A stretch of 32,000 bases of DNA from Raphidiopsis brookii D9. GTDB taxonomy: Bacteria; Cyanobacteriota; Cyanobacteriia; Cyanobacteriales; Nostocaceae. Where the stretch lies: contig ACYB01000042.1 in NCBI GenBank assembly GCA_000175855.1, forward strand, positions 90,001 to 122,000, in the 5' to 3' direction. Within the stretch, counting starts at the first letter, position 1. Every line of letters begins with the position of its first letter. The translations under genes were made by a program, and so were the position numbers. Below the pieces are notes generated by a model. The model was not told where the DNA came from and did not search any database. It saw only the letters and a list, made by a program, of their open reading frames with translations. Positions 8,319 through 18,019 of this stretch are shown here, one piece after another.

Positions 8319-9451
8319 TCATGCTTTAAATAGATTACCTAAGAAACCTTCCAAACCACCCTTACCGGTGCGGTCTCCTTTAATCTTAGCCAATTTTTCC
8401 AGTAGTTCTCGTTCCTCGAGAGTGACCTTGGTAGGAATATCAATTAACACTGTCAGCAGATGATCCCCTCGACTTACCGCATTACCCAACCGAGGTACTC
8501 CCCGATTTTCCAGTTTTATCACTGTGTTGGGTTGAGTCCCAGGGGGGATAGTTAACTCCACCGGACCATCCACAGTATTCACATCTATTCGACAACCCAA
8601 AATTGCTTGTAGGTAGCTAATTTTCAACTCCGAAAGAATGTTAATTCCATCCCGTTGAAATTCCTCATCATCATTAACAAACAGATAAACATATAAGTCC
8701 CCTGCTGGACCACCCCGCTGACCAGAATCTCCTTCTTGGGAAATGCGCAGACGGGTTCCGTTATCTACACCTGGGGGAATTGTCACTTTCAGCTTCTTAG
8801 TTACCTGCTTCATTCCCTTACCATCACAGGACTCACACTTATCTTCTATAACTGAGCCTGTTCCATTACAGGTAGGACAAGTAGAAACTTGGGTAAAACT
8901 GCCAAAGGGTGTCCTAGTTACGCGGCGCACCTGACCAGATCCGCTACACGTACTACAGGTGCGGGGACGGGTTCCTGGTTTAGCTCCTGTTCCACTACAC
9001 ACCTCACAGGTTTCCTGATGGGCAATACGAATTTCCTTTTCTCCACCAAATACTGCTTCCCGGAATTCTAACTTCAGGTCTAATCGGAGATCGTCACCAC
9101 GAACCGGTCCACCCCGTCGCCTTTGCTGTTGAGTAGGTCCCCCCACTTCCCCCAGCAAAACCAACTAAAAATGCTTTCAAATATGTCAGCAAACCCTCCA
9201 GCATCCCCCATGTCCTGGAATCCAGCAGCACCCGATACTCCAGCCTCCCCAAATCGGTTATAGCGCTCTCGCGTTTCTGCTTCTGATAGCACTTCATAAG
9301 CACGGTTAATCTCTTTGAACTTTTCTTCCGCCCCCGGTTCTTTATTCACATCTGGGTGATACTTCCGGGCTTGACGGCGATAAGCTTGTTTAATTTGTTC
9401 TTTGTCGGCATCACGGGAGACACCTAGGATTTCATAATAGTCGCGGGCCAT
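8319..9451 (-). pseudogene. dnaJ: DnaJ chaperone, reading frame interrupted in the G/F-rich linker
   Basis: J domain ([39 protein letters not shown]) in ORF 9080..9451; zinc-finger CxxCxGxG repeats and C-terminal domain in a different frame, ORF 8319..9164. Removing two nucleotides near 9139-9164 rejoins them into a 376-codon gene. Confidence 0.9.
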
Positions 9452-9715
9452 ATACTACGGTTAAGAGTAAGAACTAAGAGAGCAGAATTGGAATTCAGAG
9501 TGTAACAAACACAGAAAATAGTTAATTTTTGTTAGTGAACTTATTACACCCTAACCATAACCTATAATCGGTGTTTCACGAGAGTTATTGACAGGTGCAA
9601 CATTGAACCCTTCATATTATAATTGTGCTACCTACCGTGACAAAAGCCAGCCCACCTCTTAGAGGAAGTAACCGTACCAGTAAGTGTGGAAATCCGTCAC
9701 CTGTTCCCGAACTCA

Positions 9716-9749
9716 TCAACCCGGAGATTACCACTTATCTCCGGGTTGA
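9716..9749 (-). terminator. Strong hairpin just downstream of the restored grpE stop
   Basis: Perfect 13-bp arms TCAACCCGGAGAT / ATCTCCGGGTTGA with 8-nt loop; begins 4 nt past the restored grpE stop (9754-9756); no clear U-tract. Confidence 0.6.
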
Positions 9750-9753
9750 CTTA

Positions 9754-10424
9754 CTATATCTGATCCTGGTCTGACTGGTCTTTTTCTTCCGTGGATGTAT
9801 CTTCTATGGCAGCAGCTACCTTCACCATGGCATGACGCAACACGCGATCGCCTAAAAATAGCCACGAACCAACTCTTCTAAAACCGTTCCTTCCGGATGT
9901 TCGCTGGTCTGTTCTCGCATAACTGCTTCATGGAGATTTGGGTCAAATTCCTGACCTTCAGGACGCATGGGTGACACTCCCATTTTCTTCAGGGAATCTA
10001 CTAACTGTTTATAAACTCCCTGATAACTCTTATGGATTGTCATTTCGCCATCATCTTGTGGTTTCAGGTGTGCCCTTGCTCGTTCAAAGTTATCCACCAC
10101 AGGTAACAACTCCATAATTGTGTTTCTTTTCACCTGTGTTTCTGTGTCTTCTTTTTCTTTGGAGACCCGTCTACGATAGTTGTCAAAATCTGCTGCAATT
10201 CTCATGTACTGAGAATTACGCTCCTCAAGTTGGGCTTTTAGAGACTGATTTTGTTGAGTCAGTTGAGTAATTAGATCCCTGTCTACTACTTCTTCCACTG
10301 CAGCGACACCATTTTCCTCGCCGACGGTAGATTGTTCCGACAAATTGGCATCCGGAGGTTGATGGTCACTCACGGTGCTGTCAGATTCTTGAGAATTGAT
10401 CCCGGTTGGGTAGTCGCTTGTCAT
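9754..10424 (-). pseudogene. grpE: GrpE nucleotide exchange factor with -1 frameshift near C-terminus
   Basis: ...[21 protein letters not shown]...[12 protein letters not shown] stops at 9852; adding one T to the T5 run (plus-strand A5 at 9854-9858) restores [36 protein letters not shown] ending at 9754. Confidence 0.88.
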
Positions 10425-10764
10425 TGCTTAACCTCTATTGGTTCTTCCAATCACTAACTAATATGGTTTACTTATTTACCTAAAAATTGGACAAAAACTT
10501 CAGGTCACGGCGACACGATGATTTTGCCCGTTTTGACTATTTGTATATTTTGCGGGAGGAGCTTGTTCAACAACCACCACTTGGACATTATACAATTGCT
10601 GTTTAGATATGGCAAGTGTTTTAAACAAGGGTAGAGTATTTGAAGGATAAATAGATGTAAAAACTACACTGTTATAAGTGCAGTATATAATGTTTCTAAT
10701 GTAGGATCCTTTGTTTCGGTAAAAAAGCTAAACATAGTAGAAACATAACTTAATATATATTGCT

Positions 10765-12769
10765 ATGAGTTACTCAGTTAAAAAACATTTAGATAAGACT
10801 AGTGCTAGTCAAACTAAAACTCTTCCCGTAATCAACAGATTAGTAAACAAACTAGTTAAGTCTGGTCATATTCCTAAGGAACAGATGAAACTAGTTGTGA
10901 TGGAAAGTCTTGAATCTGAGATAGCCAGGGGTGAGTTAGATCCCCAGTTAATCAGAGAATGCAAAAAACAGCATTTATTTGAATTAAAAATACTATATGG
11001 GGTAGAATATATAGACCCGGAAGTCAATCAAATGAACTGGAATATTATCAGAGAATTGACCGAGAGTTTAATACCAATAGATATTTGTCGTAGTTATGGA
11101 TTATTACCATTAGGAAAGGAAGAAAATCAGAATCCACCCCAGGTGTTAGTAGGAATGGTTGAGCCAGATAATTTAGCGGCGTGTGATTATCTTAATAGGA
11201 TATTACAACCACCAAACTGGCAATTTAAACGTCTAGTAATTGCCGCAGAAGATTACGAAGCATTAATTAATCAATACACAGATGAAGTAATCAAAGAAGC
11301 AAGAGAAAAAGAGCAAACTCAATTTACGGATATTAGCCAAGATCTAGAAAATTTAAGTCTTGAGGTTATGGAGCAGAGACTAGAAGAAGGAGATCTAGAT
11401 TTGACAGTAGCCATGAAAGAAGCTCAGGATGAGCCGATTATTAATCTTGTGAATAAAATTCTCTTTTTAGCTCTGCGAGATGGTGCTTCTGATATTCACG
11501 TTGAACCGCAGGAAGAATATTTGCGAATTAGGTTTCGCAATGATGGAGTACTGCGGGAGTCGGAATCTATTCCCCCCATTCCCAAACATATTATTCCTGC
11601 AGTTACCGCACGAATTAAAATTATCTCAAATCTAGATATTGCCGAAAAGAGATTGCCCCAAGATGGCAGAATTTGCAGAGTATTTGATGGTAGAAAGGTA
11701 GATATGCGAGTCAGCACCTTACCGAACCGCTACGGAGAAAAAATCTGTCTGAGGATTTTAAACAATTCCTCCACTAAATTACCCCTAGATCAAATAATTA
11801 CTGATCCCTATACTTTGCAGGTATTTAAAAATATTATTCATAAACCCCTAGGTTTAATTTTAGTCACAGGTCCAACCGGTTCTGGAAAAACTACCTCCTT
11901 ATATTCTGCTCTAGCAGAATTAAATGATCCGGGAATTAATATTAGTACAGTTGAAGATCCCGTAGAATACACTTTACCGGGACTGACTCAAGTGCAGGTA
12001 ATCAGAGAAAAGGGATTAGACTTTACCACAGTTGTGCGAGCTTTTCTGCGACAAGACCCAGATGTGTTATTGGTGGGAGAAACACGAGATGGGGAAACTG
12101 CGAAAACCGCAATTGAAGCAGCGCTAACTGGACATCTAGTATTCACTACCTTGCATACTATAGATGCTGCAGGAGCGATCGCCCGCTTGCTAGAGATGGG
12201 TATTGAACCATTTATGATTTCTAGTTCTCTAATTGGTGTATTAGCCCAGAGGTTAGTGCGTAGACTGTGTTTCACATGTCGAATTCCCTATACTCCTACA
12301 GTTCAAGAACTAGGGAGATATGGTTTATCCCTAGCGCAAGAAGGTAATGTGATTTTTTACAAAGCTAATACCATATCATCAGAACTCATAGGAAAAAGCC
12401 CAAATAAAATCAAAGTTTGTCCTAACTGTTATGGTACTGGCTACAAAGGGCGTTGTGGAGTGTATGAAGTTATGACAATTACGCAAAAACTACAAAACTT
12501 AATTAGTCAAGAAGCTGACACAGCCAAAATTAAAAGAAGCAGCTTTAGAAGAGGGAATGATAACCCTATTGGGTTATAGTCTCAATCTAGTTCGTCAAGG
12601 TATAACGACATTAGAAGAAGTGGAGCGGGTGGTATATACAGATAAGGAACTGATAAGGGAATTAAAAGTCTCACGACAGAAGAGTCTCACATGTCAATGT
12701 TGTGATGCTACTCTAAAACCAGAGTGGTTAGATTGTCCTTATTGTTTGACCCCTAGATTAATTGATTGA
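10765..12769 (+). pseudogene. pilB: Type IV pilus assembly ATPase PilB, with +1 A frameshift near C-terminus
   Basis: ORF 10765..12579 contains GspE/PilB motifs (GPTGSGKTTSLYSAL, EDPVEYTLPG, HTIDAAGAIARLLEMG, CPNCYGTGYKGRCGVYE). Its expected C-terminus (EEGMITLLGYSLNLVRQGITTLEEVERV...PEWLDCPYCLTPRLID) is in another frame, 12557..12769. Removing one A at 12532-12535 joins them (667 aa). Confidence 0.92.
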
Positions 12770-12786
12770 GAGGTCTGCTATTATAT

Positions 12787-13863
12787 ATGGAATACACAAT
12801 TCAAGAACTGCTGCAAAATTTAGTAGCTATGGGTGGTTCAGACCTGCATCTATCTGCAGGTTTAAGACCCTATTTTCGCCTTGGTGGAAAACTCAGTCCT
12901 ATAGGTAATGAGATATTAACACCAAATCAATGTGAAAGACTGATTTTTAGTATGTTGAATAGTGACCAGCTTCACAGGTTAGAAAAAACCTGGGAGTTAG
13001 ATTGTTCTTATGAAATAAAAGCTCTAGCACGGTTTCGAGTTAACGTCTATAAAGAAAGGGGAAATTATGCAGCTTGTTTACGAGTTTTAAGTTACAAAAT
13101 TCCCAATTTTGAAGAGTTAGGTTTACCCAAGATTATTCGAGAAATAGCAGAAAAACCCAGAGGACTAGTTCTTGTTACAGGTCCTACCGGTTCTGGTAAA
13201 ACCACTACCCTAGCTGCAATGATTGATTTAATCAACCAAAATCGAGCCGAACATATTCTAACCATAGAAGACCCAATAGAATTTGTGCATGAGCCAATTA
13301 AAAGTTTAATCCACCAACGGCAATTAGGTGAAGATACACGGAGTTTTGCCAATGCCTTAAAAGCAGCTTTACGGGAAGATCCAGATATTATTCTCGTGGG
13401 GGAAATGCGAGACCTAGAAACGATTTCTTTAGCTATTTCCGCTGCGGAAACAGGTCATTTAGTCTTAGCCACATTACATACTAATTCAGCAGCACAGACC
13501 ATTGATAGAATCATTGATGTTTTTCCAGCGGAACGACAAATGCAAATTAGAGTACAATTATCTAACTCCCTATTGGCAGTTTTCAGTCAAATTCTAGTCC
13601 CTAAAAAAACCGTTAAACCAGGTGAATCTAGTCGGGTGATGGCACAAGAAATTATGATAGTTACTCCAGCAATTGCTAACTTAATAAGGGAAGGAAAAAT
13701 AGCCCAGATATATTCCTTTATTCAAACAGGAGGTAAATGGGGAATGCAAACCTTAGAAAAAGCCTTGTGCGAGCTATTTAAAGCTGGTCTTATTTCTCAA
13801 GAACTAGCACTTTCTAAGACCTCTAGACCGGATGAAGTGCAACGGTTAATTGGTATTTTGTAA
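12787..13863 (+). CDS. pilT: Type IV pilus retraction ATPase PilT
   Basis: GGSDLHLSAGLRP; Walker A GPTGSGKTTTLAAMID; ASP box-like AALREDPDIILVGEMRD; HLVLATLHTNSAAQTIDRI. Confidence 0.95.
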   Translation: MEYTIQELLQNLVAMGGSDLHLSAGLRPYFRLGGKLSPIGNEILTPNQCERLIFSMLNSDQLHRLEKTWELDCSYEIKALARFRVNVYKERGNYAACLRVLSYKIPNFEELGLPKIIREIAEKPRGLVLVTGPTGSGKTTTLAAMIDLINQNRAEHILTIEDPIEFVHEPIKSLIHQRQLGEDTRSFANALKAALREDPDIILVGEMRDLETISLAISAAETGHLVLATLHTNSAAQTIDRIIDVFPAERQMQIRVQLSNSLLAVFSQILVPKKTVKPGESSRVMAQEIMIVTPAIANLIREGKIAQIYSFIQTGGKWGMQTLEKALCELFKAGLISQELALSKTSRPDEVQRLIGIL

Positions 13864-13891
13864 TTACTAAAAATCACCTATCTAGAAAACT

Positions 13892-15151
13892 ATGGATATT
13901 TACATTGCTGTTGTCCAAAACTCTCAAGGTAAAACCCAAACCCAGAAATTAATGGCTAATTCCCTAACTGAAGCACAAAATAAACTCCGCAGTCAGGGAC
14001 TAATGGTGAAATCTCTCAGTAAACACTCAAAACCATCCCTAAAAAAATCTCATAGGTTAACATCACATTTCTATTGGCAAAATTTACAGGACTATTTCTC
14101 CCATTATTTAGTGAGGGTAACCATCCAAGATAAGGCAATTTTTTCCCGGCAATTTGCCACCTTAGTTAATTCAGGTGTGACAATCATAAAATCTCTGGAT
14201 ATTATTTCTCCACAGTGTCCTAACCCCAAATTGAAAAAAGCCCTAAATCAAATATCTACCGATATTAAAACAGGAATAAATCTTTCTGATTCCATGAAAA
14301 AGCACCCCGATTGTTTCGATGCTTTATATATTACTATGGTGCAAGCTGGAGAAGTAGGAGGAGTGCTTGATGATGTTTTACATCGGTTGGCCAAATTATT
14401 AGAAGACCTGGCTAAACTACAAAATCAAATTAAATCTGCTCTCTCCTATCCTATATTCGTAGGTTGTTTCGCCATAGCTATTGCTTTGGGAATGACAATT
14501 TTTATCATCCCCATTTTTGCTAATGTTTTTAAAAACATGGGAGTAGAATTACCGATAATCACAAAAATTTTAATCAGTTTTAGTCAAACTTTAAATAGCT
14601 GGGGTTTTCTGGTAATAATTACACTAATAATTATGGGATTATTTACTATTAAACAATATTATAAAACCAATGGGGGCAAACTAAAGATTGATTGGCTATT
14701 TTTAAAAATTCCCCTACTGGGAAAATTAATGCAAAAGTCTTTTGTGGCTAGATTCAGTAGAACCTTTGCCTCCTTGATTCGTTCTGGAGTACCCATGATC
14801 ACCAGTTTAGCAATAGTCAAAAATACATCAGGAAATCAGGTCATTGCTAATGCTATCGATTATGCCAGGAAAGACCTAGAAAAAGGAGGGATGCTCAGTC
14901 AATCTCTGAATAAAAGCAGGGCGTTTCCACAAATGGCAATTCAAATGATCATAATTGGCGAAGAAACCGGGGAACTAGATGAAATGCTCATGAAAATTGC
15001 AGATTTTTATGAGCATGAAGTGGAACAAACTATCAAATCAATTCTCAGTATATTGGAACCAATCATGATTGTACTCTTGGGAGGGATAGTAGCGACAATT
15101 TTACTGGCCATGTACTTGCCAATGTTTAGAATGTTTGAAAACATAGGATAG
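13892..15151 (+). CDS. pilC: Type IV pilus inner membrane protein PilC (GspF family)
   Basis: FSRQFATLVNSGVTIIKSLDI..., repeated GspF domain FARTFASLIRSGVPMITSL, GEETGELDEMLMKIADFYEHEVE, terminal TM segment. Confidence 0.95.
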   Translation: MDIYIAVVQNSQGKTQTQKLMANSLTEAQNKLRSQGLMVKSLSKHSKPSLKKSHRLTSHFYWQNLQDYFSHYLVRVTIQDKAIFSRQFATLVNSGVTIIKSLDIISPQCPNPKLKKALNQISTDIKTGINLSDSMKKHPDCFDALYITMVQAGEVGGVLDDVLHRLAKLLEDLAKLQNQIKSALSYPIFVGCFAIAIALGMTIFIIPIFANVFKNMGVELPIITKILISFSQTLNSWGFLVIITLIIMGLFTIKQYYKTNGGKLKIDWLFLKIPLLGKLMQKSFVARFSRTFASLIRSGVPMITSLAIVKNTSGNQVIANAIDYARKDLEKGGMLSQSLNKSRAFPQMAIQMIIIGEETGELDEMLMKIADFYEHEVEQTIKSILSILEPIMIVLLGGIVATILLAMYLPMFRMFENIG

Positions 15152-15180
15152 CTACTAATCCATCTCCCCACTTCCACTGT

Positions 15181-16184
15181 CTAACGAACAAATTGAGGCA
15201 TAACTTCTGCTGCGGTAAACAAACCGTAAATACCTTTCTTGTGGAATTGATAACCTGCTTTCAAATAACCAAAAGCAGGTCCACATACATTAGCTGCCAT
15301 ACTAGTCTCATCCCCTAATGTAAAGGTATGAGTAGAAATTCTGCCTTCAAAAGTGCGTCCAGTAATTTTGACATTAGTGCTAAGGGGCTTTTTCGGGTTA
15401 CGAGTATCAACTACACCACCCACTGTCACCCTATCCCGTGGACATATACCGGCAATTTCTAGCATTACATCATCAGCATGTTCCATATTTTCCAGGGTCA
15501 GCACTCCATTAGTTTTATCTAATAGTGCTTCTACTTCCTCATCGGTCATTGCTCTGGCAATTTCTACGTTGTAACCGGGTATATGTGCAATATCTTCCCT
15601 AATAGTAGCACGATAAGCTTCCCAATTGGCAATACCTACACCAAAGGTAATTTCTACCTTATGAATTTCAGCATAGCTTTGAGCTGCTAAAGCAGCAGCA
15701 GCAGTTAAAAGTCCAGGAGTTGCTCCACAACCGGTCATATAGGTAATTTGCGCCATCTCCAGTTCTTTTTTCATGGCAAGAAGCTCCTCTACTGCACTGG
15801 TGCGTTTAATAGCATCCACCAGCACACCTTGCCAACCAGCAGTGATAAATTGCTGGGTAACTTTGGGGATAAAGTCATTAGGAAGGTTAGGTAAAGCCAA
15901 AAATAGGCATCCACCCCTGGAGCATTAGCAATTAAATCTTGAATGCTGTGATTACTTAAATTACCATGGGACTGCAAGTAACCAACCGATCCCCGGTCTT
16001 GATAAGTGGTAATGGCGATATTTGTCTTTAAACCAACTGGTGAGTAAGCGTAGCCTTTTTGATCTGCAACTGCTACTAGAAGCATTTCCCGTTTTCCAGA
16101 CAGAACTTTAGCTGCTGCTTGTCCGAGTCCGCCAAAGCCCAATACTCCAATGCGAAGAGGTTGACTAGTGATTTCTGTATTCAT
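15181..16184 (-). pseudogene. bioU: BioU-like (saccharopine dehydrogenase-like) oxidoreductase with -1 frameshift
   Basis: N-half MNTEITSQPLRIGVLGFGGLGQAAAKVL...NAPGVDAYF in ORF 15789..16226; C-half [41 protein letters not shown]... in ORF 15181..15900. Adding one T at the T5 run (plus-strand A5 at 15899-15903) gives a single 334-aa protein. Family assignment is from recall of the cyanobacterial protein with this conserved sequence. Confidence 0.72.
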
Positions 16185-16413
16185 TGTGGTTTTTGTGTCT
16201 TGGGTCATGGTTAACTTATGCTTCATTTTACCCGCAGTTTGATTTCTATCCCCCTGTTATTCATAAATATTTTTCCGGAATTTCTCCGGAGATGTCTTTT
16301 TAATTGTTGTAACTCTGCCTAGTAAGTTATCGTAAAGTGTCAACAATCACCACACCTTTAAGATGGGTGATTCTACGGCAGATAATTAGTACATATCTAC
16401 CAATTGAAGATCC

Positions 16414-16617
16414 ATGCGCAATTACCATCCCTGTCCTAAAAACCCTTTGACAATTCATACCAGTAATGGACAAATCAAAAATTCCAGTCTGTGTGACTTT
16501 TGCTGGAATGAATACTGTTTTTGCTGGTCAAATTACTGCATAGATGAGTGGCTTGAATTACAAAATAAGTATATGCAGCAGCGGTTACAACAAAAAACAT
16601 CAAATATAAAAACGTAA
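16414..16617 (+). CDS. Small cysteine/tryptophan-rich hypothetical protein
   Basis: 67 aa MRNYHPCPKNPLTIHTSNGQIKNSSLCDFCWNEYCFCWSNYCIDEWLELQNKYMQQRLQQKTSNIKT; non-random Cys spacing but no homologue recognised. Confidence 0.4.
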   Translation: MRNYHPCPKNPLTIHTSNGQIKNSSLCDFCWNEYCFCWSNYCIDEWLELQNKYMQQRLQQKTSNIKT

Positions 16618-16658
16618 AAGGTACAAACTTTCAAATAAGTCAATTTTTATTAATTTAT

Positions 16659-16689
16659 CTTGTCAAGTTTACTTATATAACTTGACAAG
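16659..16689. promoter_or_regulatory. Inverted repeat CTTGTCAAGTT-N9-AACTTGACAAG upstream of the PAS/Crp regulator
   Basis: Perfect 11-bp arms at 16659-16669 and 16679-16689; each arm also contains a 9-bp palindrome CTTGWCAAG. Confidence 0.6.
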
Positions 16690-16762
16690 TAATTTTCAGT
16701 GTTTGTAAAGGCAAAATAATGAATTTACGGCAGATATATTATAAGAAAACAGGAGTGATTAA

Positions 16763-17926
16763 GTGAATATAGAAGGATTATTTCAGCGAACTGGAGTGAT
16801 GCGGCAACATTTATTAAATTTATATCAAACTACTATAGCTTTACCATGGATCTCCTCTGATTTATTACCGCAAGCCTTTAAAGAGCTACATACCACATTG
16901 AAAATGCTGCTTGCAGCTATAGATGAACTTCATCAACAAAATGAAGAATTTGTGCAAACTCGTAATTTAGCAGAAGTAGAACGTCAACACTATCAGGAAT
17001 TATTTGAGTATTTACCAGTAGGTTATTTACGCACTAACCTCCAGGGAATAATTGAAGATGCTAACCAAGAAGTAGGCAGATTATTGAATATTAATCAAAA
17101 ATTTCTAGTTGGTAAACCCCTGATTAGTTTTGTTGTTCAGGAATGCCAACAGTATTTTTGTCGTGAACTTCTTGAATTATCTAAGTCCGATCAAGTTACA
17201 CAATTATTTGTAGTTTTTAAACCTCGCTATATTAGTTCTTTTAATGCCTCTTTAATGGTTAGATCTTGCTTGAATTTACACAGCAATCAAAGCAATTTAT
17301 ACTGGCTAATTCAAAAATCATCTACATCAATAACTGTGGACATGCCAGCAATTGATGTGCACCAACAAATATTACAAGATCGCCAAATACATAAGTATTC
17401 TAAGGGGGATAATATTCCCTTGGATAATACATTCTTTGCCTATGTTGTGCAGGGTTTGGTGAAACTGAGTACATTAAGTCAAACAGGTACAGAAATTCTG
17501 ATAGGTTTGGCAACCTCTGGAATGGTTTTTGGTTCTACTATGACCAATCTACCGCTTTACGAATCTACCGCTATTTCTGATGTTGAGCTAGTCCTAATTT
17601 ATGTATCGGAAATGCGAGCTATTCCTAATTTGAATCAAATGCTATTACCAAAAATTAAACAGCGATTACAACAAGCAGAGTCTTTTTTATTTATCATTAG
17701 TCATTATAATGTGGAAGATAGATTAAGCAGTTTATTAGAAATGTTAAAATTGGAACTTGGCGAACCGGTAGTAGAAGGAACAAGGTTACTTTTTCGTCTG
17801 ACTCACGAGGATATTGCCTCTGCTTGTAATTCTACGAGAGTAACAATTACTCGCTTACTTAATAAACTGCAGAAACAGGGTAGAATAAAGTACGATGATA
17901 GGAAGCATATTATAATTTGCAATTAA
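16763..17926 (+). CDS. Transcriptional regulator: PAS domain plus Crp/Fnr-type effector and HTH domains
   Basis: GTG start preceded by AGGAG; PAS-like FEYLPVGYLRTNLQGIIEDANQEVGRLLNI; Crp-like C-terminus RLLFRLTHEDIASACNSTRVTITRLLNKLQKQGRIKYDDRKHIII. Confidence 0.82.
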   Translation: MNIEGLFQRTGVMRQHLLNLYQTTIALPWISSDLLPQAFKELHTTLKMLLAAIDELHQQNEEFVQTRNLAEVERQHYQELFEYLPVGYLRTNLQGIIEDANQEVGRLLNINQKFLVGKPLISFVVQECQQYFCRELLELSKSDQVTQLFVVFKPRYISSFNASLMVRSCLNLHSNQSNLYWLIQKSSTSITVDMPAIDVHQQILQDRQIHKYSKGDNIPLDNTFFAYVVQGLVKLSTLSQTGTEILIGLATSGMVFGSTMTNLPLYESTAISDVELVLIYVSEMRAIPNLNQMLLPKIKQRLQQAESFLFIISHYNVEDRLSSLLEMLKLELGEPVVEGTRLLFRLTHEDIASACNSTRVTITRLLNKLQKQGRIKYDDRKHIIICN

Positions 17927-18019
17927 GTATAAGAATATTATGGTAGGTATGACAACCTGTCTGTTGACAGTTTTTTGACTGGGACTAGAGAATACCCACA
18001 CTAGGTGTCAGTTAAAAAT

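Noticed and set aside
8743-9303. ORFs 8743..8934(+), 8889..9071(+) and 9094..9303(-) around dnaJ
   Set aside because: Antisense or out-of-frame shadows of dnaJ. The 9094..9303 frame only contains the mis-phased linker fragment (GFAGGSGG).
12532-12600. Programmed ribosomal frameshifting as explanation for pilB
   Set aside because: Other unrelated genes in the same window show similar small indels, so a common technical or mutational cause is simpler. Nothing in the sequence specifically supports a stimulatory element.
15353-15574. Plus-strand ORF 15353..15574
   Set aside because: Antisense of the conserved bioU-like catalytic region, Ser/Thr-rich shadow ORF.
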